Shown here: piece by piece, positions 48,126-56,621 of the stretch
Layout of the letters: each line of letters starts with the position of its first letter
Position numbering within the stretch: the stretch's first letter is position 1
Origin: Dehalococcoidia bacterium
Lineage (GTDB): Bacteria > Chloroflexota > Dehalococcoidia > Lucifugimonadales > UBA3495
Length of the DNA stretch: 59,446 nt
NCBI GenBank assembly: GCA_022825745.1
Contig: JAJDWF010000035.1
Span: 1 to 59,446 of the forward strand
Direction: 5' to 3'
The notes under the pieces: generated by a model
What the model was told of the DNA's origin: nothing
Database searches by the model: none
Seen by the model: only the letters and a program-made list of their open reading frames with translations
Translations under genes and position numbers: made by a program

Positions 48126-50129
48126 ATGCGCCGCAGACTACCGTTTTTGAAGTTCGTTGGCTTGTCGATAGTCAGCGTGTTGCTACTGGTCGGAGCACTA
48201 GCCTGCACGGGTGGTGATAGCGAGCCAGAACCGACTCCTGATCTGGACGCTACCATCGTCGCCGTCGTCGCGTCCGCCTTGCCCACCGCGACGCCGACTC
48301 CTGACCTGGACGCTACCATCGTCGCCGTCGTCACGTCCGCCTTGCCCACCGCGACGCCGACACCCGAGCCCACGCCGTCCCCAACGCCAGAACCGACAGC
48401 AACGCCAGACATTGCTGCAACTATAGCCGCGTCGGTTTCCGCCACCATCGCCGCCGTACCGCCTACTCCAATGCCCCTGCCAACCTCAACGCCAGTCCCA
48501 ATCCTGCGACCGACGCCCATGCCCATCGCGGATGTCCCGGTTGCCAGCGGCAACCCTCGGCTGGCAGCCGGCGGCAAGCACACCTGCAGGATAGGGGTTG
48601 ACGGGGCCGTCCTCTGTTGGGGCGATGACGGTAAGGGGCAGTCCACGCCGCCGGAGGGAGTAATGTTCACCGCCGTCACTGCCGGCTATGAACACACCTG
48701 CGGTATCACCGACACTAGCATAGCGGTATGCTGGGGCGATGACAGCAGCGGCCAATCCACCGCGCCGGCAGGAACGTTCACTGCCATTGACGCCGGACGG
48801 GCGCATACCTGTGCGGTGGGTCAAGACGGAACAGCCCAATGCTGGGGCAGCGACGAATATGGGAAAACGGATGCGCCAGCGGGTCGCTTTGTCGTTGTGT
48901 CCTCCGGCGAAGAGCACAGTTGCGGCCTGCGCGAGGGCGGCGTCCTGGAATGTTGGGGAGACAACCACTATGGACAGTCCACGCCGCAAGGCGACCGTTT
49001 CCACGCCGTCAGTGCTGGATCAGCGCATACTTGCGGCATAAAGGCGGATGGAAGCATCGCCTGCTGGGGTGCCAACCCTGACGGACAAGCGCCGGCGATG
49101 GTAGAGGGTTCTTATCACGCAGTCAGCGCGGGGCGCAAGAGCACGTGTGCCGCAACGACCGGCGGCGAATCCATCTGCTGGGGCGACAGCGATGCCGAAA
49201 TATACGGCGGCTCTTACCTATTGATCAGCGTCGGCGACGAGCACGCTTGCGGCCTAAAAGCGGACGACAGCGTAGAATGCGCCGGCAGCAACCGTTACGG
49301 GCAAAGCGTGCTGCCATCTGACGGCACGGGCGATTTCACTTCAGTTTCTGCCGGACGCACGTACACTTGCTGGGTTAAGGGAGACGGAACCCTTACTTGC
49401 ATGGGTGAACTCCATGGTGGTGTCGCCTCACCGGAAGGTTCTTTCAGGTCGGTAAGCGTCGGTGAGGGGCACGCTTGTGGTGTGCGTACGGATGGCAACG
49501 TAACCTGTTGGGGCGACAACTCCTTTGGACAGGCGTTCCCACCCCGTGGCGTTTTCCTATCGGTCAACGCAGGGAACGGGTTCACTTGCGGCGTGAGGGT
49601 GGATGGTACTGTCGCCTGCTGGGGCGAGGATTGGATGATTGAAGGCACTCCAAGCGAAGGTTCTTTCCAATCCGTCAGCGCCGGTTACGAGCATATATGT
49701 GGAGTACGCACGGATGGAACTGTAGTGTGTTGGGGCAATGATAGTGGCGGGAAAACTTCAGCACCTCAAGGCAAGTTCGCTGCGGTTAGTGCAGGCATCA
49801 ATGACACTTGTGGCCTACGACTGGACCATGGAGTGGAATGCTGGGGACACTTTTACGGTGGTGGTTCCGGCAACATCTCACCCCCGGCGGGACGTTTCCA
49901 ATCCATCAGTTCTGGGATGTCCGATTACGCTTGTGGAGTGAAAACGGACGACACAGTGGTTTGCTGGGGCTATGTGCTAGCTGATAGCGACCATGCCGGG
50001 CAAGCCACGCCACCAAAGGGTTCCTTCCAGTCCGTTAGCGCAGGAACCTTCCACACATGTGGAGTGAGGACGGATGGGCGTGTAGTTTGCTGGGGCGACA
50101 ATAAGTACGGGCAGGCCGCGCCGCCGTAG
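48126..50129 (+). CDS. Lipoprotein with Pro/Thr stalk and RCC1/BLIP-II-like repeats
   Basis: Signal peptide with ALA-C lipobox, PT-rich region, about 14 repeats of VSAG..HTCG...G.V.CWG.N..GQ. Confidence 0.85.
   Translation: MRRRLPFLKFVGLSIVSVLLLVGALACTGGDSEPEPTPDLDATIVAVVASALPTATPTPDLDATIVAVVTSALPTATPTPEPTPSPTPEPTATPDIAATIAASVSATIAAVPPTPMPLPTSTPVPILRPTPMPIADVPVASGNPRLAAGGKHTCRIGVDGAVLCWGDDGKGQSTPPEGVMFTAVTAGYEHTCGITDTSIAVCWGDDSSGQSTAPAGTFTAIDAGRAHTCAVGQDGTAQCWGSDEYGKTDAPAGRFVVVSSGEEHSCGLREGGVLECWGDNHYGQSTPQGDRFHAVSAGSAHTCGIKADGSIACWGANPDGQAPAMVEGSYHAVSAGRKSTCAATTGGESICWGDSDAEIYGGSYLLISVGDEHACGLKADDSVECAGSNRYGQSVLPSDGTGDFTSVSAGRTYTCWVKGDGTLTCMGELHGGVASPEGSFRSVSVGEGHACGVRTDGNVTCWGDNSFGQAFPPRGVFLSVNAGNGFTCGVRVDGTVACWGEDWMIEGTPSEGSFQSVSAGYEHICGVRTDGTVVCWGNDSGGKTSAPQGKFAAVSAGINDTCGLRLDHGVECWGHFYGGGSGNISPPAGRFQSISSGMSDYACGVKTDDTVVCWGYVLADSDHAGQATPPKGSFQSVSAGTFHTCGVRTDGRVVCWGDNKYGQAAPP
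48231..48356 (+). repeat. 63-bp tandem duplication (2 copies, 2 mismatches) encoding PTPDLDATIVAVV(A/T)SALPTAT
   Basis: Direct comparison of 48231-48293 with 48294-48356. Confidence 0.9.
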
Positions 50130-50312
50130 CGATGCGCTTCCGATTTGCAGCGCTGTATCGCTATATAGAGCGAGAAGAGCCTCAATCATCCTAGACCATT
50201 GGCGAAGGACAGGTTACTGTTGTAGGATGAGAGTGGAACGACTGCCCTAGATTGGACTGCTATTTGAGAATAGCAAGAATTTATAAATTTGACAGCCTTA
50301 AGGAGGATCGAA

Positions 50313-51131
50313 ATGGCGACGAGATTTGACCAGATTTCGAACCGAGCGAAGGAGTTGCTGACCGACGCTTTAGCGGTTGACGGACCCGTTAAAGGCATGC
50401 TTTCGCTTTCTCCTGCCATGGGCGGAGGCGAACGCCTCGTCATCGGCAATCACTACCAAATGCTTTATGGTGATGACATCGCCGCCACTCAAATGGCATT
50501 CTACGAGTTGGCGGATCTCCGGCTAATTGACCAAATTGCTACAGGCGGTTACATGGTAACCCCATTGGGTTGTCATTTGGAGATTGTATTCAATGGCTCT
50601 AAGCCCTACCCGAGAGCTATTGAAGAAACCAGTCCAAAGGTTGAGCATACTATCGAGGACATTCCGAATCAGCAGGCTAGTAAGGAAGTTTTCGTTGTTC
50701 ATGGCAGGGACGTCGGAGTAAGGGATAGTGTCGTTCGATTCCTAAGTGATCTGCAACTCAAACCTATTGTCTTGCAAGAGCGGCCGAGCAAAGGCCGTAC
50801 GATTGCGGAAAAATTTGAGGAGCACGCAAGAGAAGCAGGATTCGCCGTCGTTCTCTTTACGCCGGACGATGAAGGGGCTTTAGTCGGAGAGTACAGCAAT
50901 CCCCAACTACGGGCACGTCAAAACGTGATATTCGAGCTCGGCTTCTTCATAGGGAGGTTAGGCCGCGACAAGGTAAGCGTCTTGTACAAAGGCGACGTGG
51001 AGATACCGTCGGACTACGCAGGTGTAGAGTACATCCCTTTTGATTATGAAGGCGGCTGGAAGTTGAAACTCATAACTGAGCTTCAGACTGCCGGGTTTGA
51101 CGTTGATGCGAACCAAGCTACACGACGATGA
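50313..51131 (+). CDS. TIR-like domain protein (CAP12/Pycsar-type TIR) with an unrecognised N-terminal domain
   Basis: VFVVHGRD, FAVVLFTPDD, RARQNVIFELGFFIGRLGR, PSDYAGVEY; AAGGAGG RBS; lower GC. Confidence 0.85.
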   Translation: MATRFDQISNRAKELLTDALAVDGPVKGMLSLSPAMGGGERLVIGNHYQMLYGDDIAATQMAFYELADLRLIDQIATGGYMVTPLGCHLEIVFNGSKPYPRAIEETSPKVEHTIEDIPNQQASKEVFVVHGRDVGVRDSVVRFLSDLQLKPIVLQERPSKGRTIAEKFEEHAREAGFAVVLFTPDDEGALVGEYSNPQLRARQNVIFELGFFIGRLGRDKVSVLYKGDVEIPSDYAGVEYIPFDYEGGWKLKLITELQTAGFDVDANQATRR

Positions 51132-51209
51132 CGTGTAGGCCGACCCAAGCCCAACTGCCTGATTGACAAGATCATAGTTCCGACTACGAGCGGCTTCCCG
51201 GTACCTCAT
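51132..51209 (-). pseudogene. hicA: hicA toxin remnant with internal deletion
   Basis: ATGA-coupled to hicB; reads MRYREAAR and then, in another frame, VGTMILSIRQLGL (HicA N- and C-terminal signatures), with the GSH core missing. Confidence 0.5.
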
Positions 51210-51451
51210 GGGACGGAGACGACAGCCTCAATGGACACCGGGCCATTGGCGTCGTCAACGTAAATGCCGTCGGACATCGGACGCCCCTCGTCCTCGTAAA
51301 TTTCGTGGACTATCGCAAACGCATCCTCCACGTTAACCAGGCACTCCGCGATAGTGTCGCCCTCGGTTATCAGCTCCGGCAGCATCGGTGAGGTAACGGT
51401 ATATCCGCCTTCTGGCTGAGGGTCCAGTATCAAGGGTATCCTTGCAATCAT
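51206..51451 (-). CDS. hicB: HicB family antitoxin
   Basis: PQPEGGYTVTSPMLPELITEGDTIAECLVNVEDA. Confidence 0.85.
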   Translation of the reverse strand: MIARIPLILDPQPEGGYTVTSPMLPELITEGDTIAECLVNVEDAFAIVHEIYEDEGRPMSDGIYVDDANGPVSIEAVVSVP

Positions 51452-51473
51452 GATCAGATGCCAGTGCTTCCGT

Positions 51474-51980
51474 TCAGCGGGCCGGCGGATTGAAGGGCGG
51501 CATCGGTGGAGGCAGGTCGATGCTTTCGTCGGCAAGGGCCTCTGCTTCCGAGAGGAGCAGGCGGTCGATGATCCTCTGCTGCGCGGGGGTAGGCGTAAAG
51601 TTCCGGTTCGGTCCCCGTTCCCGGGCTTCCCACAGCAAGGGTATCAGCGAATTAACGTCGGCAAGCAAACCCGTTACCAGCGCTTCGGCCAACCAGTCCT
51701 CGTAGTAGTTGTCGTGCAGCTGGTCGGCGATGGCTTGCAGATGCCGCATCTGCGGCTGTTGGAACTCTTCGGACAGCAAAGCAACGATGTCCCGGCGCAA
51801 GTTGTGTGAGCGGTGTCGCCAATTGCGGTCTTCGGCGATGGCTTTCACGGCCTGGGCCACGGCGCCGGAGGCCTTGTCCGAAGCCTGCACCCGGTCGCCC
51901 ATGGTATGCAGCTCATAATTGGCCTGCTCCACCAGGCGGCGGCTGAGGTCGGTGTGGCGGTTGGCATTTGCAATGGACAT
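51474..51980 (-). CDS. PaREP1-family (HEPN-like fold) protein
   Basis: GDRVQASDKASGAVAQAVKAIA...WRHRSH...LHDNYY; paralog of 56129-56503. Confidence 0.75.
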   Translation of the reverse strand: MSIANANRHTDLSRRLVEQANYELHTMGDRVQASDKASGAVAQAVKAIAEDRNWRHRSHNLRRDIVALLSEEFQQPQMRHLQAIADQLHDNYYEDWLAEALVTGLLADVNSLIPLLWEARERGPNRNFTPTPAQQRIIDRLLLSEAEALADESIDLPPPMPPFNPPAR

Positions 51981-52032
51981 GGCCGATAGGTCTCCGTGAG
52001 GCATGGTAACATAGCCGCCTTGCCGCCTGCGC

Positions 52033-52044
52033 TATAATGCTGCA
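52033..52044 (+). promoter_or_regulatory. -10 box giving a leaderless nadE transcript
   Basis: TATAAT at 52033-52038, ATG at 52045, no SD. Confidence 0.5.
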
Positions 52045-53793
52045 ATGCAGCGCGCGCTCCGGCTGGCTTTGGGCCAGTTCAACCCTACCGTCGGCGACAT
52101 CGCCGGCAACACTGCCCGAATCATCGAGCTGATTGACGAGGCGCGGGCGTCCCACGCCGACCTGGTGGCCTTTCCCGAGCTGGCCGTGACCGGCTATCCG
52201 CCCGAGGACCTGCTCTTCAAGCCGTCCTTCCTGGCCGACAACGCCGCCGCCGTCCAGCGCATCTCCGCCGCGTCCCGGGGCATCGCCGTAATCGTGGGCT
52301 GTGTCGAGGTGGGCGACGACATCGCCAACGCCGCCGCCGTCATCAACGATGGCCGCGTGCTGGACTGGTACCGCAAGATGTACCTGCCCAACTACGGCGT
52401 GTTCGACGAGGACCGCTACTTCCGGCGCGGCGACTCCTGCCCCGTGTACGTCATCAACGGCTGTCCCGTCGGCGTGAACATCTGCGAGGACATCTGGTAT
52501 CCCGTCGGCCCCATTGCCGTGCAGCGCGACGCCGGCGCCGAGGTCATCGTCAACATCAACGCCTCGCCCTTCCACGCCGGCAAGGCGGCCCAGCGCGAGC
52601 GCATGATTGCCACCCGCGCCGCCGACAACGGCGTATTCGTGGCCTATCTCAACACAGTGGGCGGCCAGGACGAGTTGGTATTCGACGGGGCCAGCGTGGT
52701 GTGCGCGCCCGACGGCTCGGTGATCGCCCGCGGCCCGTCGTTCGAGGACCGCCTCATCGTCGCCGACCTGGACGTGGATTCAGTGTTCCGCCAGCGGCTC
52801 CGCGATCCCCGGCAGCGCAAGGAAAACCCCAACATCCTGCGCGAGGTCGGCCAGGCCGCCGTCGTTCGCATATCCGACTACCACCGCGCCGGTCGCAGCA
52901 ATTCCGCCGAGGCGGCTATGTGTCGGCCCCTGGACGAGGTGGAGGAGGTGTACCAGGCCCTGGTCGTCGGCACCCGCGATTACGTGCGCAAGTCCGGCTT
53001 CCGAAAGACCTTGGTCGGACTGTCCGGCGGCATCGACTCCGCCCTCACCGCCACCGTCGCCGTGGACGCCCTGGGCGCGGACAACGTGGTCGGCGTCACC
53101 ATGCCCTCGCGCTATTCGTCGGAGGGCAGCGTCGGCGATTCCCAGGAGCTGGCCGACAACCTGGGCATCCAGCTGTGGCGCATCCCTATCGAGCCGGCGC
53201 ACCTGGCGTTCACCGATATGCTGGCCGAGCGTTTCGCCGGCACCGAGGCCAACACCGCCGAGGAGAACGTGCAGGCCCGCATCCGGGGCAACGTGTTGAT
53301 GACCATTTCCAACAAGTTCGGCTGGCTGGTGCTGACCACCGGCAACAAGAGCGAGATGGCCATGGGCTACGCCACGCTGTATGGCGACATGGTGGGCGGG
53401 TTCGCGGTGCTGAAAGACGTGCCCAAAACGCTGGTGTACCGGCTGTGTCGCTGGCGCAACGCCGGCTCCCACAACGGCCGGCCAATCATCCCCCAGGCGG
53501 TGCTGGACAAGCCGCCCAGCGCCGAGCTGCGGCCCGACCAGACCGACCAGGACACCCTGCCGCCCTACGACGACCTTGACCCCATCATCAAGGCTTACGT
53601 TGAGGACGACTACGGCTACGCCGACATAGTGGCCATGGGGCACCGGCCCGAGTGGGTCAGCCAGGTTATTTCCTACGTGGACCGGAACGAGTACAAGCGC
53701 CGCCAGGCGCCGCCGGGCGTCAAGATCACGCCGCGCGCCTTCGGCAAGGACCGCCGCCTGCCCATCGTCAACCGCTACCGCCCGGCGTCCTAG
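52045..53793 (+). CDS. nadE: Glutamine-dependent NAD+ synthetase
   Basis: Nitrilase domain (FPEL, K..LPNY.VFDE, ICED) plus GLSGGIDS, TGNKSE, KPPSAELRP. Confidence 0.97.
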   Translation: MQRALRLALGQFNPTVGDIAGNTARIIELIDEARASHADLVAFPELAVTGYPPEDLLFKPSFLADNAAAVQRISAASRGIAVIVGCVEVGDDIANAAAVINDGRVLDWYRKMYLPNYGVFDEDRYFRRGDSCPVYVINGCPVGVNICEDIWYPVGPIAVQRDAGAEVIVNINASPFHAGKAAQRERMIATRAADNGVFVAYLNTVGGQDELVFDGASVVCAPDGSVIARGPSFEDRLIVADLDVDSVFRQRLRDPRQRKENPNILREVGQAAVVRISDYHRAGRSNSAEAAMCRPLDEVEEVYQALVVGTRDYVRKSGFRKTLVGLSGGIDSALTATVAVDALGADNVVGVTMPSRYSSEGSVGDSQELADNLGIQLWRIPIEPAHLAFTDMLAERFAGTEANTAEENVQARIRGNVLMTISNKFGWLVLTTGNKSEMAMGYATLYGDMVGGFAVLKDVPKTLVYRLCRWRNAGSHNGRPIIPQAVLDKPPSAELRPDQTDQDTLPPYDDLDPIIKAYVEDDYGYADIVAMGHRPEWVSQVISYVDRNEYKRRQAPPGVKITPRAFGKDRRLPIVNRYRPAS

Positions 53794-54347
53794 CTCCCCA
53801 GGATCTCCCGCACCGGGCAGCTGAACCCCGGCAGAACCTCACCCCCGTCCAGCGTATCGTCCATGGTAAGTACGGCCGTGGGCAGGTTCGGCTGGCGCAC
53901 CCGTATCGTTCCGGTTTCCGGGTTTATCACCAGCGCCATCCGCACGCCGAAATCCAGCCACATGGTGGCCTTGTCATCGATTTCCCGCTCGGAGTCGCTG
54001 GGCGACTTGATCTCCACAACGAGGTCGGGCGGAACGGGGCAGTAACCATCAATGTCGGCATCCAGGGACAGGCGCTCCGCGGAAACGTAGGCTATATCCG
54101 GCTCCCGCACCGTGTCCGGGTCGGTTTCCAGCAACACGCCGGCATCGGAGCCGAAAACATGGCCCAGTCCCGCCGGCGCAACGTGGGCATCAAACCGCCC
54201 CCCGAGCCGCATTGCTATCTTGCCGTGTCTCACTCCTGATGCCATCGTTTCGTGCAGCACCCCGCGTATCAACTCGCCCTTTACGCCCTTGCTGTACAGG
54301 CGCAACAGGTCGTCAGCAGTCAACAGCTTGGGTTTCACCGTAGTCAT
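53790..54347 (-). CDS. Uma2 family (DUF820) protein
   Basis: ELIRG, VREPDIAY, PDLVVEIKSPSD, GEVLPGF. Confidence 0.9.
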   Translation of the reverse strand: MTTVKPKLLTADDLLRLYSKGVKGELIRGVLHETMASGVRHGKIAMRLGGRFDAHVAPAGLGHVFGSDAGVLLETDPDTVREPDIAYVSAERLSLDADIDGYCPVPPDLVVEIKSPSDSEREIDDKATMWLDFGVRMALVINPETGTIRVRQPNLPTAVLTMDDTLDGGEVLPGFSCPVREILGS

Positions 54348-54377
54348 CGCAGCGCCTCCAATACACCGGGCAGTGTA

Positions 54378-55034
54378 TCACGTTCCCGCAGGCTCGCCGC
54401 CGTCCGCCTGCTTGTAGGCGTACACGGCAAACAGGGGGTCGCCGGGCGGCGCCATGTCGGGGTTGGCCAGGCCGCCACGCACGCCGTTGAACCCGCCGGA
54501 GTGGAGCATGTACTGCCCCACCAGCTCGATGTGGTCCTCGTCATTGGTGGAGCGCCAGACCCGCACCGCCTTGGTGGGGAAACAGCGGTTGGAGAAGGTG
54601 ACGATGAACACGCCCCCGGGTCGCAGGATCCGCGACACCTCCGCGAACACGTCCACCGGCCGGGTCAGGTACTGCACCGACACCGTGATCACCACCGCGT
54701 CAAAGGACTCGTCGTCAAAGGGCAGCCCGGGGTCGGCGTTGATGTCCTGCAGCAGGTACTCGTTGAGCTGCGGGTTGTCGGCCATCTCGGTGGCGTTCAT
54801 GCCCAGGCCGACGATCCGCTGCCGGGGATGGGCCTCCGGCCAGTGCGTCCGCCAGCTGCTCATCAGGTCCAGCACCTCGGCGTGTTCGGGAATCAACTGC
54901 TGGAACAGTCGGCCCACGGCCAGGATGGCCCCGTCGTCGATGTGCACGACGAGGCGGGGCATGGTGTAAAACTCGGCGTCGTTGCTGTCGTCCTCGCGCT
55001 GGAAGAACTCCGGCGGAAAACGGCTCGGATCCAT
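54378..55034 (-). CDS. SAM-dependent methyltransferase type 11
   Basis: FY..PRLVVHIDD, VLDLMSSW, LPFDDESFDAV, FSNRCFPTKAV. Confidence 0.88.
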   Translation of the reverse strand: MDPSRFPPEFFQREDDSNDAEFYTMPRLVVHIDDGAILAVGRLFQQLIPEHAEVLDLMSSWRTHWPEAHPRQRIVGLGMNATEMADNPQLNEYLLQDINADPGLPFDDESFDAVVITVSVQYLTRPVDVFAEVSRILRPGGVFIVTFSNRCFPTKAVRVWRSTNDEDHIELVGQYMLHSGGFNGVRGGLANPDMAPPGDPLFAVYAYKQADGGEPAGT

Positions 55035-55077
55035 CGCCAAACCCAACCTCCTGATCAGGCCAATCCGGCCTTCTAAT

Positions 55078-55100
55078 GGACGAATGGTTATTCGCCCCTA
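55078..55100. repeat. Degenerate GTAG-type REP hairpin
   Basis: GGACGAATGGTTATTCGCCCCTA resembles 13111 and 30271 and supplies the stop codon of the amidohydrolase. Confidence 0.5.
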
Positions 55101-56117
55101 GCCCACCCGGTAGGCCCGCGTCGCGCAGCCGTAGAACAGGTCGGCCCGCTCGTCGGCCGAGAAGTCCGCCGACATGCGCTTGAAGGCGTTCCACATGACG
55201 CAGTACGAGAACGATTCCTTGTCCACCGGGAAGTTGCTCTCGAACATGCAGCGGCTCGGCCCGAACTGCTCGATGCAGTGGCGCATCACGGGGTCAATCG
55301 CAGACGCCAGCTCCTCGGAACCCACCGGCGTCTCCCTCTGGTGGAAGTCGTAGCCCAGCCGGGGCATCCCGACGCCGCCGAGCTTGATGACCACGTTGGG
55401 ACACTGGGCCGCCGCCGCGATGCCGCTTCGCCAGTTGGCCATCACCTCGTCGGGGTTGTCGGCGTAGGGGCCGGTGCGCATCAGGCCGCCCACGTGGTTC
55501 AGCACGATGGTCAGGTCGGGCACAGCGTTGGCAAAATCGACCAGTTGCGGCAGTTGCGGATGCAGCAGCGACACGTCCAGCGACAGGCCCATGTCGGCCA
55601 GCACCCGTGCGCCGGCCCGGTAGTCGTCGCTGAGCAACTGGTCGGGCATGGGGTACGCGCCGACGATGGGAATCTCCGGGTGCGGGTCCCAGCTGACGCC
55701 GTGGCGGATGCCCTTGAACCGGTTGGGGCTGGCTGCCTGCAACGCCTCCAGCACGCGGCGCACCTCGGTTCCCAGGTGCAGGTTGGCGTGGCCGACGATG
55801 CCGTGGGCGGCCTTGGTGCGGCTGTACATGCCGCTGGCGGACTGCGCCGCGATGCCCTGGACGAATTCCACCTCGCCCACGGGCCGCAGCTCCATGGGCG
55901 GGTCGGCCCGGTACATCGCCCGCGCCTCGATGAACACGGTGGAAACGATGTTGTGGCCGCTGCCGGTGTCGGCCTCCAGCTCATCCAGGAAATAGCGCGG
56001 CTCCACCCGGTCGGCGCGGCCATCCCACAAGTGGTGGTGAGGGTCGCAGATGGGCAAATCGGGTTCCAGGGCCGGCTCCACGGTGCGGGCCAGCCAGTCG
56101 TTAATGGGGGCTGCCAT
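55098..56117 (-). CDS. Amidohydrolase_2 family (lactonase-like) protein
   Basis: DPHHHLW, GIRH, LNHVGG, MFESNFPVDK. Confidence 0.9.
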   Translation of the reverse strand: MAAPINDWLARTVEPALEPDLPICDPHHHLWDGRADRVEPRYFLDELEADTGSGHNIVSTVFIEARAMYRADPPMELRPVGEVEFVQGIAAQSASGMYSRTKAAHGIVGHANLHLGTEVRRVLEALQAASPNRFKGIRHGVSWDPHPEIPIVGAYPMPDQLLSDDYRAGARVLADMGLSLDVSLLHPQLPQLVDFANAVPDLTIVLNHVGGLMRTGPYADNPDEVMANWRSGIAAAAQCPNVVIKLGGVGMPRLGYDFHQRETPVGSEELASAIDPVMRHCIEQFGPSRCMFESNFPVDKESFSYCVMWNAFKRMSADFSADERADLFYGCATRAYRVG

Positions 56118-56128
56118 GTTTATCACCC

Positions 56129-56503
56129 TTACTCGTTGTCCAGAAGCGCCAGCATTTGACCAACGAAGTAATGCACTCCTGGTCGGTTTGCTTCAACTTC
56201 GTAGTCTTCCATGTTGTCGTGAAAGAAGTTCTCGTGGAATTTGCTGGCGGCCAAATAGCCGTTCAGAAGAGTCGGGTCATGGTATTGCCGGGACAAGGCT
56301 TCAACCGCCTGCTGCATGGCCCGGTGGCTCTTGTAACGCCAACCCCGCTGCTGGCAGATGGCGATAATCGCCTGCGTCGCCGCTCCATAGAGTTTCTCCG
56401 AGCCTTGCAGGTGGTCGCCGGCGGCAAACTCCCGGTCAGAGGCCAGGAGGAAGTCGCGAGCGGTTTGCGCGTGTTCGGCGGCGGTCATTTCCCTGGTGGT
56501 CAT
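56129..56503 (-). CDS. PaREP1-family protein
   Basis: GDHLQGSEKLYGAA...RGWRYKSH...FHENFF. Confidence 0.8.
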   Translation of the reverse strand: MTTREMTAAEHAQTARDFLLASDREFAAGDHLQGSEKLYGAATQAIIAICQQRGWRYKSHRAMQQAVEALSRQYHDPTLLNGYLAASKFHENFFHDNMEDYEVEANRPGVHYFVGQMLALLDNE

Positions 56504-56621
56504 GCTTACTCTCCGGAGCGGATCAGAGTTGAATTGTACCACCCACCGCCGGCGCATGACCGAAAAGGGCCGCTGCATTGTCGCGCAGCGGCCCTGTACA
56601 GACGGTTTTGGTCAGCAACAG

